Positions 7,838 to 17,946 are shown, counted from the first letter of the stretch. The stretch is 64,000 nt of DNA from Candidatus Zhuqueibacterota bacterium (GCA_049322915.1 JBMOPW010000002.1:32001-96000), one strand, 5' to 3'. The notes: generated by a model not told the origin, from the letters alone. Numbers and translations are program-made.

Positions 7838-10800
7838 TCACTTATTAGCTTCTTTAAAAGAATTCTCCACTACCTCAATTTCCTCTGGTGTTAAACCATA
7901 AAGCTCATAAACCATTTGGTCAATTTCTTTGTCTGTTCTATCAATTTCAGCTTTTAATTCAATAGCTTTTTGCTTTTGTTCTTTGAAATAGTCCATCCAC
8001 TGTGATTCTTCTGATAACTTTAATTTGATACCTGCATTAGAAAAATATTTCAATAAATCAGGAAAATCTATATCACACCAATTTGAGATAATAATATTGT
8101 ATTTTCCAAAAATAAATGAAGTAATATTCTTTTGTAACTCATATAATATTAGAAAATTAGAAATATTAATATTAATTTTGTTAAGCATTGCTTTATATAT
8201 ATCGATTTTATTTTTATCATTAACATTTATTTCAATAATTGGCAAATCACCAATTTTTGTAGTGCTTAATTGGTTATATTGACCATTCGATATATGTTTT
8301 TGAATAAATGAACTATTTAATAATGCATTAGTAAATTTTGTGAAATCAACTTTATTACTGAATTGCTCAATAGAAGGAATTTTGTCACTTTTAAGGTAAA
8401 TAAAGTTTTGACCGCCAGAACCACCGCCTGAAGAATAATGACTTGTAGAAGAGAAAGTGAATTTATTCATATTTTTAGTGTTCACAATTATTTTTGTAGA
8501 ATCAAAGGGAACATCTGCTCTTTCATAAAGTGGCAACCACCAAAATTTTCTTTTCATTATTTTTTGAACTGCACCTGCTGAGCTATATTTAGCCTTTATA
8601 TCATCGATTGAAAAATTCTCAAATTCTTCTAATGTAATTACTTTGCCTTCAGGAATAGTTGTAGAACGGTTTAGCAAAACACCTGAAAACTGAGTTAAAT
8701 AATTTTTAATTTGACCTTCTAATTCATTAGAACATATATAGATAACAAAATATTCACTTTCAGTTACAATCCATTTATTAAGATTTTCAGTTTTAATAAA
8801 TGGTTTAATATATTTGGCTTCTTTGCTGTTCAATACAACCCAATTACCACTAATGTTTAATTGAATGTTATCTTGTTTATATTTTATATCAACGTTATTT
8901 TGTAAAATGAAAATTCCACGGCCTAAATATTCTTTAGAAATTAATTTATTTTCAACATGTTTATTTGTAACTTTATCTGCACCAGTAACCAATCCTTGAG
9001 AAATATAAAAATATTTTGAAAGTGGACATATTGTTTCATTGAAGTCAACAGAAGCTTGGTAAAAATTCCAAGGTTTATAATTTTCATTATCAAATTTTGA
9101 AGTTGAATAGGAAATAGCTAAACTATCGTCAAATAATTGAGTAGCAACTATGTTATTATCACGAAGGGATTTAAATTTAAAATAGTATGGATTATTGATT
9201 ACAGCTTTCAATTGAGTTAAAATTAAACTTGTTGTTCCAACATCTTTGAACACCTTAAGATCATTAAAATCTACAATTGAAATTATTTTTGAATCATTAA
9301 TAATTGATGCTCGAACTTTATTTGCCCAGTCGGCTGAAACAAATTCACGTGGAATAATCAAACTTTGAATTCCATTGTTCTTTAAAAGTTCAATTCCATG
9401 CTTTATAAAGAAATAGTATGTATTAGACCTACGCCTATAGAATTCTAACCACTTGGGGATTTTTTTTAGAGAATCGAAAATATCAGCGTTCCCTTTCTCT
9501 CCAACATAAGGTGGATTCCCAATAACCACATGAAAACCGCCTTTGGCAAATATTTCGGGAAATTCTTTTTCCCAATTGAATGCTTTTTCTCCTGCAATTT
9601 CTGGATCGTCAATCAATGAATTCCCACACTTGATGTTGTTATTCAGCATGGAAAGTTTTCTTCCTATTTTGGCAGTTCTCAACCACAATGATAATTTTGC
9701 AATTTCCACACTTTCTTCGTTTATGTCCACACCAAAAAGATTGTTTTCCAATATCTGCTTATCTGTGTCGTAAAGTCCTAAAGTTTGCTGAGTCAATTCG
9801 TTTATCAACATGTCATTGATTTTGTGTTCTTCAATTAAAAAAACCAATGCTTGATTCAAAAATGCACCACTTCCACAGGCAGGGTCCAGTATTTTCAATG
9901 TGAGCAGCCATTCCTTGTACTGGTTAAGTTTCTGGAAAAGCTGTTCTCCTTTTTTGGAAATCTTTCCATCTGCTTTTCTATGGGAATCATCAATTGTAAT
10001 TTCAGCAATATCCAGTTCCTGTTTTTTCTCCTTGCATAACGCGCCAATGGTGTTTTCAACAATGTATTGAGTGATATATTTGGGTGTGTAGTATATTCCT
10101 TCTTTCTTCCTTTTCGTCTTCTTTTTATCGACTGGTTTTCCTTCAAGTTCAGATGTGATTTCTTCAATCTCATTTAAGGAATGTTCGAAAATGTGTCCTA
10201 AAATATTTACATCAATTTCAGTGCTGAAATCATACGTCGAAAGTTTAATGCTGTCCTTTTCCAGAATATCATCTTCAATGATCACGCTGTTCAGGATTTC
10301 ATCTTTTGCGAAAAGTCCACCATTGTATTCTGGAAGCTCATAAGTATTATATTTATGTCCTTTGTCCAGGTGGTCGAAAAATAGCTTGAGACGGGCATAT
10401 AAAGGCTGATATGCCTCTAAATCTTTTAATTGGTGCCAATGGTCAATGATTCGGGAAATTGCATTGGGTGGGACCAGTCCCCTGTCTTCTGCAAAGAAAA
10501 TAAATAAAAGTCTGTCCAAAAGCTTTTGAGATTTTTTGAACAATAAAAGCTTGTCGTATTGCGGATTGTTTTTTACAAGATTGTTGAAGATTCTATGTTT
10601 AAATGTTGAATAGTCTTTATAAAATTTATCTGATATATTTTCTTCGTGAAATTTGGTTTCCTGTTTTAGCTTTGAAGGAACATCATTAAAAATGCTGTCT
10701 TTACTCAGGATAAGATATAATTTATTGAAATCAGTTTTGTTCAAGTTGAACAAATCGAACTCCTCAAACTCTGTTGCATTTTCAATGTAGAATCGGAGCA

Positions 10801-11212
10801 GCCGAAAATTTGAGGTGATGACATATTTACAATCGGGCTGATTGTTTTTATAGTTGAATGCCTGGTGTTTAATGGTTTCCAGATTAATTGTTTTGGTGGA
10901 TTTCAGTTCGATCACACCAATGGCTGAACCATCTTTTAAAATGGCTCCATCTGCTTTTTTTGAATCAGTGAAATTTTGAAATTCAGTGGTGAGATTAAAG
11001 TTATCATCTGGATTGATGGTATATCCAAGAACCTGTACAAAAATTTCTCTCAGGAATCCCTCCTGATAATTTTCTTCTTTCAGTTGTCTAATGTTCTGGA
11101 TACGCGCTTTATTTCCATAGAACTTTTGAAATATTTGGAAGGCTGTATTTACTTTGGTTTCATTGAGAGATTGAAGATATTTTTCAATGACTGATTTCTG
11201 AAAGATTTCCAT
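7838..11212 (-). CDS. Type IIG (Eco57I-like) fused restriction endonuclease / N6-adenine methyltransferase
   Basis: N-terminal ADG...IELK nuclease motif, GIYYTP, ILDPACGSGAF (motif I), VIGNPPY (motif IV), then a C-terminal specificity region. Confidence 0.9.
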   Translation of the reverse strand: MEIFQKSVIEKYLQSLNETKVNTAFQIFQKFYGNKARIQNIRQLKEENYQEGFLREIFVQVLGYTINPDDNFNLTTEFQNFTDSKKADGAILKDGSAIGVIELKSTKTINLETIKHQAFNYKNNQPDCKYVITSNFRLLRFYIENATEFEEFDLFNLNKTDFNKLYLILSKDSIFNDVPSKLKQETKFHEENISDKFYKDYSTFKHRIFNNLVKNNPQYDKLLLFKKSQKLLDRLLFIFFAEDRGLVPPNAISRIIDHWHQLKDLEAYQPLYARLKLFFDHLDKGHKYNTYELPEYNGGLFAKDEILNSVIIEDDILEKDSIKLSTYDFSTEIDVNILGHIFEHSLNEIEEITSELEGKPVDKKKTKRKKEGIYYTPKYITQYIVENTIGALCKEKKQELDIAEITIDDSHRKADGKISKKGEQLFQKLNQYKEWLLTLKILDPACGSGAFLNQALVFLIEEHKINDMLINELTQQTLGLYDTDKQILENNLFGVDINEESVEIAKLSLWLRTAKIGRKLSMLNNNIKCGNSLIDDPEIAGEKAFNWEKEFPEIFAKGGFHVVIGNPPYVGEKGNADIFDSLKKIPKWLEFYRRRSNTYYFFIKHGIELLKNNGIQSLIIPREFVSADWANKVRASIINDSKIISIVDFNDLKVFKDVGTTSLILTQLKAVINNPYYFKFKSLRDNNIVATQLFDDSLAISYSTSKFDNENYKPWNFYQASVDFNETICPLSKYFYISQGLVTGADKVTNKHVENKLISKEYLGRGIFILQNNVDIKYKQDNIQLNISGNWVVLNSKEAKYIKPFIKTENLNKWIVTESEYFVIYICSNELEGQIKNYLTQFSGVLLNRSTTIPEGKVITLEEFENFSIDDIKAKYSSAGAVQKIMKRKFWWLPLYERADVPFDSTKIIVNTKNMNKFTFSSTSHYSSGGGSGGQNFIYLKSDKIPSIEQFSNKVDFTKFTNALLNSSFIQKHISNGQYNQLSTTKIGDLPIIEINVNDKNKIDIYKAMLNKININISNFLILYELQKNITSFIFGKYNIIISNWCDIDFPDLLKYFSNAGIKLKLSEESQWMDYFKEQKQKAIELKAEIDRTDKEIDQMVYELYGLTPEEIEVVENSFKEANK

Positions 11213-11269
11213 TAAGTGACCTTTGATAAAATTATTGAGCATTGAAAAATGAAGTATAGTAGTTGGGAA

Positions 11270-11377
11270 TTAACCCTACTACGTCATATAGCAAGTTTTG
11301 CACAATATATTGTATGTTATGATGTCAAAAAATACGATATATTGTGTTGATAATTCTAAGTGACGTTGTAGGGTTAA
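11270..11377. mobile_element. 108-bp MITE-like element, family A copy 1
   Basis: Terminal inverted repeats TTAACCCTACTACGTCA / TGACGTTGTAGGGTTAA. 97/108 identical, ungapped, to 26591-26698. Confidence 0.85.
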
Positions 11378-11540
11378 TCGATCATTAAAATCTGGATACT
11401 ATTGTCAATGTATTATAATAAATTTTCATTTAAATTCAATAGAAAAATTAAAGATGACGAAAATTTCTAAAAACTAAATGAGAACTATTTTGAAAAAAAC
11501 AAAAAAATTACTTGCGTGTAAGGTTTTTGTGTATTATATT

Positions 11541-11564
11541 AAACCTTACATATATGTAAAGTTT
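11541..11564. promoter_or_regulatory. Palindromic operator upstream of the island MerR-like gene
   Basis: AAACCTTACATATATGTAAAGTTT is a near-perfect palindrome just downstream of a TTGCGT/TATTAT promoter-like pair. Confidence 0.5.
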
Positions 11565-11634
11565 GATGGATAGAGTAAACCATTTGAAAAACATAAAATT
11601 CATAAAAAGTATTTCTATTAGAATCGGGAAAAAA

Positions 11635-12261
11635 ATGGAAAATAAAATTAAGGCAATAAATTTCTATCATACTGAGCTTAATGCACATTATAATTCAAGT
11701 ATAGGAAAGTCAATTTCAATACTACTAAATAGTAAAAAAAGCAGATTGATAGGGCATAATATTAGTTATCGTGTTATCAATCATTGGGAAAAAATGGGAA
11801 TTCTTGATACAAAAAAAGAGACAGATAAAAAATGGCGGAGGTATTCTATTATTGATTTAGTTTGGATTCAAGTTACTATTATTTTAAGAACTTTTGGCTA
11901 TCCATTAGAAAAAATTTTGACAGCCAAAAGGAACTTAGAAATGAATGATTGGGAAAGTAAACCTACTCAATCATCATTTTTCGAAGAGGATAATATTAAA
12001 AATAAACCAGTTCAATTTCCATTGTTTGAAATGCATATTGGAATGGCTTTTTTTAAAGGGGAGGAAGTTTATTTATTGGTGTTTCCAGACGGGAATGCAG
12101 TATCTATTATGATCAAAGAGCCACTGTCGTACGATAAATTAAAAGAATTAGGCGATCATATTATCATCTCGATAAACAATATTCTAAAAAAGTTATTTCC
12201 AGAAAATAATATGAGCGCTATTTCACAGCAAGAACCTGAGCTATCCAGTGAAGAAATTTAA
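11635..12261 (+). CDS. MerR-like HTH protein (island), possibly C-terminally truncated
   Basis: ISYRVINHWEKMGIL...KWRRYSIIDL...LRTFGYPLEKI winged-HTH motif. Confidence 0.7.
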   Translation: MENKIKAINFYHTELNAHYNSSIGKSISILLNSKKSRLIGHNISYRVINHWEKMGILDTKKETDKKWRRYSIIDLVWIQVTIILRTFGYPLEKILTAKRNLEMNDWESKPTQSSFFEEDNIKNKPVQFPLFEMHIGMAFFKGEEVYLLVFPDGNAVSIMIKEPLSYDKLKELGDHIIISINNILKKLFPENNMSAISQQEPELSSEEI

Positions 12262-12457
12262 TGATAAAACGAAAGGGTTAGTAACAGTGAAATTATAAAA
12301 TAGACGGTAAAACTGAATATTTAAAAATCAGAAAGATAAGAAAAATGAAATACTGATAGGCTAAATTAGGCGTTTAATTCTGACATTGAAATTGAAAAAC
12401 GAAACTGAATAATTTAAAACTTACACTAAATATTGATAACTAAATTTAAGGATTAAC

Positions 12458-12649
12458 ATGATGATTAAAAAACAATTCAATGCAGAACCATTGCATCGGC
12501 TGAGGTTCTCAGTGGTGCAATTCTTAGGACTATTACGCTATGCTGTCTATAAACGAATGCAGGAAAATCCTGGAGTCAAAAGGGAAAAAATATTCACATT
12601 CAGAAATAAAGATGTTGAGAGACTTGCTTTATACTTTGGCAGAAATTGA
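12458..12649 (+). CDS. Small hypothetical protein upstream of the recombinase
   Basis: 63-aa basic ORF with AAGGA RBS. No recognised motif. Confidence 0.4.
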   Translation: MMIKKQFNAEPLHRLRFSVVQFLGLLRYAVYKRMQENPGVKREKIFTFRNKDVERLALYFGRN

Positions 12650-12678
12650 GATTCAAAATAATAAGGATAACTTAGAAA

Positions 12679-14238
12679 ATGGTAAGAAAAGCGATTATTT
12701 ACGTACGCGTCTCAACTGATGAGCAGCGAGAAAACGGCTTTAGTTTGCAGGAACAGGAAAACAGGTTGAGGAAGTATTGCCAGAAAGAAAACATTGAGAT
12801 TGTTGCTATATATAGAGAAGACTGCTCTGCTAAAAATTTCAATCGGCCTGAATATAGAAAAATGGAATCGGAACTAAAAAGTAATAAATTAAAAGCTGAT
12901 TTATTTTTATGTGTAAGAATGGACAGGTTTTCGAGAAATGCCTTTGAGTCTCTTAAAAAGATAATGGAACTAAAGAAATTTGGTGTAGAATTTAAACCGT
13001 TAGAAATGGATTATGATTTATCAGTTCCAGAAAACTTAATTCCATTTTTTATAAATTTAGTGATGCCTCAAGTTGACAATGAGAGACGAGGCATTAATAC
13101 AAAAAGGGGAATGAGACAGGCAATGCGGGAAGGCAGGTGGATTGCACAGGCACCAAAGGGATACAAACTTGAAAGGATTGATGAAAAATCTTATTTAGTT
13201 CAAGATGAAAATGCAAGATTTGTTATTGAGGCATTTACTGAATTTTCAAAAGGTATTTACAGTGTGAATGAGCTAAGATTAATGTTAAATGAAAAGGGAT
13301 TTAGTTGTAGCAAAACTCAATTTCACGAACTATTAAGAAATCCTGTTTACATAGGTAAGATAAGGATAAAAGCTTGGAAAGATGAGGAAGAAGAAATAGT
13401 TAATGGCGCGCATGAGGGAATTATTCTTGAAGATGTTTTTTACAAAGTCCAATCCATTCTTGAGGGCCGAAGACCAAGAAAGAAACCCAAATCTAAATAC
13501 GTGGATGAATTTCCTTTGAGAGGCCATTTGCAATGTTCTAAATGTGGCAGGAAACTTACAGGTAGTCCTTCTCGAAGCAAGACAGGTGCAAGACACTTCT
13601 ATTATCATTGCCGAAACGACTGTAAGGAAAGATTCAGGGCAGATGAAGCGAATGCCGAGTTTTTGAGATATATAAAATCATTCAAGATTCGGCCAGAAAT
13701 ATTGTCTCTGTATTTCAAGATTCTGGAAGATGTGTTTGACAGGGATGAAATGAGCAAAGATAAAGAAATTCAAAAGCTGAAAAATCAAATGAAATCATTT
13801 GAAGATAAAATTATTACTGTTGAGGATAAATTCATTAATAACGATATTTATAAACAGGATTATAACACGATAAAACATAGGTATGAGGAAAATATCAGGG
13901 AGCTAAAAATTAAAATTTCTGAGTTAGAGATGCAGGATTCTAACTACATGAAATACGTTGAATATTCGTTTTCCCTGCTTGGTGATTTGGAAGGATATTA
14001 CAAAAAGGCTGATGTTGAGGTGAAAGATAAAATAGTGAGTTCGATTTTTCCAGAAAAATTGATCTATGAAGAAAAAAAATATCGAACTCCAAAAGTCAAT
14101 GAAGTGCTGTCATTGTTGACTAAAAATATCAATGAGTTAGGAGAAATAAAAAACAAAAAAGCTGTCAAAAATGACAGCTTCTCCGCTTTGGCATCCCCAA
14201 GGGGAGTCGAACCCCTGTTACAGGATCGAAAATCCTGA
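12679..14238 (+). CDS. Large serine recombinase (resolvase + recombinase + zinc-ribbon domains)
   Basis: YVRVSTDEQ catalytic Ser, RMDRFSRN, LLRNPVYIG, CSKCG...YYHC. The last codons lie antisense within tRNA-Glu. Confidence 0.95.
   Translation: MVRKAIIYVRVSTDEQRENGFSLQEQENRLRKYCQKENIEIVAIYREDCSAKNFNRPEYRKMESELKSNKLKADLFLCVRMDRFSRNAFESLKKIMELKKFGVEFKPLEMDYDLSVPENLIPFFINLVMPQVDNERRGINTKRGMRQAMREGRWIAQAPKGYKLERIDEKSYLVQDENARFVIEAFTEFSKGIYSVNELRLMLNEKGFSCSKTQFHELLRNPVYIGKIRIKAWKDEEEEIVNGAHEGIILEDVFYKVQSILEGRRPRKKPKSKYVDEFPLRGHLQCSKCGRKLTGSPSRSKTGARHFYYHCRNDCKERFRADEANAEFLRYIKSFKIRPEILSLYFKILEDVFDRDEMSKDKEIQKLKNQMKSFEDKIITVEDKFINNDIYKQDYNTIKHRYEENIRELKIKISELEMQDSNYMKYVEYSFSLLGDLEGYYKKADVEVKDKIVSSIFPEKLIYEEKKYRTPKVNEVLSLLTKNINELGEIKNKKAVKNDSFSALASPRGVEPLLQDRKS
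14151..14180 (-). terminator. Island-supplied terminator for tRNA-Glu, embedded in the recombinase CDS
   Basis: Minus strand reads AAGCTGTCA-loop-TGACAGCTTTTTTGTTT, 8 nt after the tRNA CCA. Confidence 0.7.
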
Positions 14239-14263
14239 GTCCTGACCACTAGACGATGGGGAC
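14189..14263 (-). tRNA. tRNA-Glu (TTC)
   Basis: GTCCCCATCGTCTAGTGGTCAGGACTCAGGATTTTCGATCCTGTAACAGGGGTTCGACTCCCCTTGGGGATGCCA folds as a cloverleaf with anticodon TTC. Confidence 0.96.
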
Positions 14264-14286
14264 ATATTTTCAGCGTATTCAGAATG

Positions 14287-14365
14287 TGGGGGAGAGCGAC
14301 GGGAGTCGAACCCGCGACCCCCAGGGCCACAACCTGGTGCTCTAACCATCTGAGCTACGCCCTCC
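14287..14365 (-). tRNA. tRNA-His (GTG)
   Basis: Cloverleaf with G-1, anticodon arm CCAGG-TTGTGGC-CCTGG and TTCGA T-loop. The 3' end has one more C than canonical before the terminal A. Confidence 0.95.
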
Positions 14366-14610
14366 GAATATTTTGGAGCGAAAATATAATATAATTTTTT
14401 TTAAAATGCAAGTAAAAAAATCATGATTGTTGAGCTTTGATTCCACACAACCAGCCTCTTGTTCGCGGTTGAGTTTCGTAATTGTCCGCAGCATTTTCTG
14501 AAGGCTTCATTTCAAGCAAATTAAACTTGATTTTGCAATCCATATTCATTAAATTTGGCCTCTTCGTTTCAGCTATGTTGCTTTATTTAGGAGCAAGGCC
14601 GTAAAGTTGT

Positions 14611-14716
14611 GAAACCGTTAAAGCGGTTTCCAACATCTTGTTCTTTCGAATTCCACCCCGATGAATCGGAGTGTTAACAAATAAGAAAATAATGAATGAA
14701 CTGCTTCAGCAGTTTT
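14611..14716. repeat. Cluster of short REP-like palindromes
   Basis: GAAACCGTTAAAGCGGTTTC, CACCCCGATGAATCGGAGTG and AACTGCTTCAGCAGTT hairpins in intergenic DNA. Confidence 0.45.
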
Positions 14717-15026
14717 CATTATTCTTATGTGCTATCCCAAATTTTAACTTTTCAGAATTGCTCTCGCTTTGTTCCATTAGCTTCGTAAATTAATTTCGAA
14801 ATTTTTTTGAAACTTAGTTGTTTAAATAAAAGTATTAAATGTCGATTAAATCACACCAGGGTCTTCGAAGGCAGTATTCCGGGATTCGATTGAGGTAAAT
14901 ATCGCTCTTCACAGGCGCGGGTGTTATAGAAGTTCCATTCGATGAATCGTTGCATTGCATGACTATCAGTCGGCGAATTAAAGAATTTTGTACAGATAAT
15001 TTAGCTCTCAAAAAGCAGGAGGAGTA

Positions 15027-15383
15027 ATGGAAATTCACACTGAAACAAGTGGCCATACAGGGATCATTAGATTTTTGGGTAAAACGTTGGGTGAACCTGC
15101 TGATTCCAAACAGTTCGAAACGCAATTCAAAACTCTCCTCAAGGGAGGTGTGAAAAATGTCATTCTCGATCTTCACCAGGTAAATCGGATCAATAGCACC
15201 GGACTGGCCATATTAATCACGGCTACCACGCTGCTATCCAATACCGGCGGAAGCAAAGTCGCCCTTGCCGGGAGCAATGATTTCATTCAGGGCGCGCTGA
15301 CCCTCACGCGGCTGAATCAGTTCTTTGATTGCTTTGACGATGTCTCTCAAGCGACCCAGCAACTGCAGTCGAGTGGCCATTAA
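15027..15383 (+). CDS. STAS-domain anti-sigma factor antagonist
   Basis: VILDLHQVNRINSTGL phosphorylatable-Ser motif. AGGAGG RBS. Confidence 0.9.
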   Translation: MEIHTETSGHTGIIRFLGKTLGEPADSKQFETQFKTLLKGGVKNVILDLHQVNRINSTGLAILITATTLLSNTGGSKVALAGSNDFIQGALTLTRLNQFFDCFDDVSQATQQLQSSGH

Positions 15384-15422
15384 GTTTTTATAAAATATAA
15401 GGTGTGTAAATCGAGATCATTA

Positions 15423-16631
15423 ATGATAGCAAATCCAAAGGACTTCTATCGAAAATTAGATGCGTTTCTTTCTGAAATTTATCTGGTTGGATCTGACAGA
15501 ATTTTATCGACTGTTCTGAGCGAGCTTGTAGATTTTTTCGGCAGAGACCTTCACATACAAAGCGGGTCCCTTTATGAATTGAGCGGCGACCAGTTTGTTC
15601 TTCTGCACAGTGTAAAGGTCTCACAATCAAGTGAATTAGCTGAGAGTTTGAGTTTACAGGATACTGCCGTTCAGAATGTAATGAAACACGGGAGCTACAT
15701 TTTCAACCCACCGCAGGAACACCCTCATCACTATTCCAAATCACAGCAGGAAAACCTCACCCCGGTCGCTTTTGCCATTCAGAATGGATCCATGAAATGG
15801 CTGTTTATCTTCGATCTCACACCGGGTTGGACCCGCGAGGAAATCGAATTTTCCATCAATACCATCAGAAAAGTGCTGAACGCGCGAATCGCCAATGAGT
15901 CGTTCAGAAACTCGATGCGCCAGGCTGAATTGATTCAACAGAGCTTACTTCCCAAAGGACCCATCGAATTCGCCGGCTTTGAAATTGCCGGAGATTCCAT
16001 ATCGACCGATATTGTCGGCGGTGATCTTTTTGATTTCATTCATTTTGATGACGATCATTTTGGCATTGCCGTTGGGGATTCCAGCGGCCACGGTTTACCG
16101 GCAGCGCTGCTGGTCCGCGATGTCGTCACTGGATTGCGTATGGGCCTGGAAAAGGAAATGAAAATCACGCCGGTGCTGGAAAAACTCAATCGCGTGATTC
16201 ACCGCAGCACTCTGTCCACGGCGTTCATCTCCCTTTTTTATGGTGAGATTGAAGCCAATGGAAATGTTGTGTACACAAACGCCGGCCACCCTCCGCCGAT
16301 TCTGTTTTCAGGCGAGCACATTGAAATGCTCGATCTCGGCGGCCTGGTCCTTGGTCCCATGCCTGAAGTAAAACTGCGGCGCGGCTTTGCGCGAATGAAT
16401 CCGGGGAACGTGTTGGTCATGTACAGCGATGGCCTGATCGAGCGGCAGAACAGGTATGGCATTCAGTTCGAACTCGATCGCGTCAAAAAGATCGTCATTG
16501 ATCATCAACACCGTTCTGCAGAGAACATTAAAGACATTTTGATTGAATCAGCTTTCAACTATGGGGAGAAAGGCTCGTGGAAGGATGACGTCACCGTTGT
16601 CGTTGTGAAACGGAAACCTGAAACAGCCTGA
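15423..16631 (+). CDS. PP2C/SpoIIE (RsbU-like) serine phosphatase with N-terminal sensor domain
   Basis: IQQSLLP, VGGDLFD, GDSSGHG, NAGHPPP, YSDGL and DDVT motifs. Start could be GTG 15402. Confidence 0.92.
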   Translation: MIANPKDFYRKLDAFLSEIYLVGSDRILSTVLSELVDFFGRDLHIQSGSLYELSGDQFVLLHSVKVSQSSELAESLSLQDTAVQNVMKHGSYIFNPPQEHPHHYSKSQQENLTPVAFAIQNGSMKWLFIFDLTPGWTREEIEFSINTIRKVLNARIANESFRNSMRQAELIQQSLLPKGPIEFAGFEIAGDSISTDIVGGDLFDFIHFDDDHFGIAVGDSSGHGLPAALLVRDVVTGLRMGLEKEMKITPVLEKLNRVIHRSTLSTAFISLFYGEIEANGNVVYTNAGHPPPILFSGEHIEMLDLGGLVLGPMPEVKLRRGFARMNPGNVLVMYSDGLIERQNRYGIQFELDRVKKIVIDHQHRSAENIKDILIESAFNYGEKGSWKDDVTVVVVKRKPETA

Positions 16632-16980
16632 GTCGGAGCAATAGTTCGACGGGTAAGAATGCTGCTGACTGCGAACATTTTCAGTGATCGGGTTGAAGCT
16701 CGGTTTACTCATGATGAACTCAGCCAGGGAAATTTTACACCTGAAAGAAGTGATTAGCTTTCAGCGTTAAGAAAAACAGCATGTTCAGATGGAATTATCC
16801 TATCATCGAATGAGTGAAACCCTGCAAATGTTACTATTTATAGTTTTTGAAAGAGCCGATGGCTGAATGCTGTTCGCTCAAAGTAGATTTCAAAAATTAG
16901 TCGTTGTGTTAATCAATAGATTTTGTCGCATGCCAGTCGTCTGCCGAGACTGGCGTTTTTTTCATCCAGCAGCACCAGAT

Positions 16981-17640
16981 TTATAATATTCCTCGCGTTC
17001 CGGTTTTGGAGGAATGATATGTCCTCATTTTCTCCTCGATAAAATCCAGATGATTTTCCAATTGCGCGATGGGATATGTCCGTGGCGCAAACACAACGAA
17101 CAGGACTTCCCGCGACTCCAGCGTGATTTTCGTCCGATCGGAATCTGAGGAAGGATTTCCAAATGGCCCAAGACGATCGACCAGTGCGAGTCTGCCGTTG
17201 AGGTTGATGTATTCCTTGCCGATTCCGTGATAGCCCTCGCCCTCGGCGCCAAGCCGCAGATGCGCCGGCCACTGGATTTTCTCCACATCATACAGGCCGA
17301 TGGAGAGCAGAAACGAAAGTGAACATAGGTTGCAAATGTCAACGACTGAATTGATCTGGTAGATGGAATCGCCCTTTAAAACCCGCCGTAGCAAGGCTTC
17401 GGACGACGGCCTCGTTTTTGTCGGATCAAGACCAATGCTCCGGTAAAATTGTCGCGTAACATTCAGCCGATCCCGGGCATCCTGCGGTGAACCATATTGG
17501 CGCCGGAGTTGAGCGCCCAATGCTTCCATTTCCTGGACGAGAGGTACATTGATCGCCGAAACCACTACTTCCTCGAATCCGATGTGACCCACCTGGACGA
17601 TGTGACGCAGCGCAGGGTCAATGACAAGTTTCATTTCCAT
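16981..17640 (-). CDS. B3/B4 domain protein (stand-alone PheRS-editing-like)
   Basis: GLDPTKTRPSSEALLRR, INSVVDICN and GPFGNPSSDS motifs. Confidence 0.88.
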   Translation of the reverse strand: MEMKLVIDPALRHIVQVGHIGFEEVVVSAINVPLVQEMEALGAQLRRQYGSPQDARDRLNVTRQFYRSIGLDPTKTRPSSEALLRRVLKGDSIYQINSVVDICNLCSLSFLLSIGLYDVEKIQWPAHLRLGAEGEGYHGIGKEYINLNGRLALVDRLGPFGNPSSDSDRTKITLESREVLFVVFAPRTYPIAQLENHLDFIEEKMRTYHSSKTGTRGIL

Positions 17641-17946
17641 ACACCAGTTCCGTTCTATTTTTCAATGCAAAATACAAATTTACAACTGGCCGGCACGTCC
17701 TTCAGGCTGAGCAGGAATATGCGCGCTGACCAGGGACTGTCAGGTGCTAAAATACAAAATGTTGAGTTGGGAAGCAAATAGTATTTTCAGGAGTGATTCA
17801 TTTGACAGAAAATTTCATAGCAGGCATACATGGGAGGCATTGTCAAAATCTGCCACCATTGTCAGAGTCATTGCGCCACTCGAAAGAGGCATCTTTTCAA
17901 AAATGGAACGCGTGGCAATTGCTGGGTTCAATGGGAGAGCAAAAAG

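Larger units (their letters stand above)
5326..14200. mobile_element. Integrative genomic island at the tRNA-Glu 3' end (large serine recombinase; defence cargo)
   Basis: Direct repeat TGGCATCCCCAA at both ends, equal to the tRNA-Glu 3' end. Sharp AT enrichment between the repeats. Recombinase gene abuts the tRNA. Confidence 0.92.

Noticed and set aside
12262..12360. Possible frameshifted C-terminal remnant of the island MerR-like gene (KIDGKTEYLKIRK)
   Set aside because: Resemblance to a family C-terminus is only an impression. It needs a TBLASTN alignment before calling a pseudogene.
14287..14292. Extra C at the tRNA-His 3' end
   Set aside because: Could be a homopolymer error or simply trimmed and repaired by the CCA-adding enzyme. 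It cannot be interpreted from one sequence.
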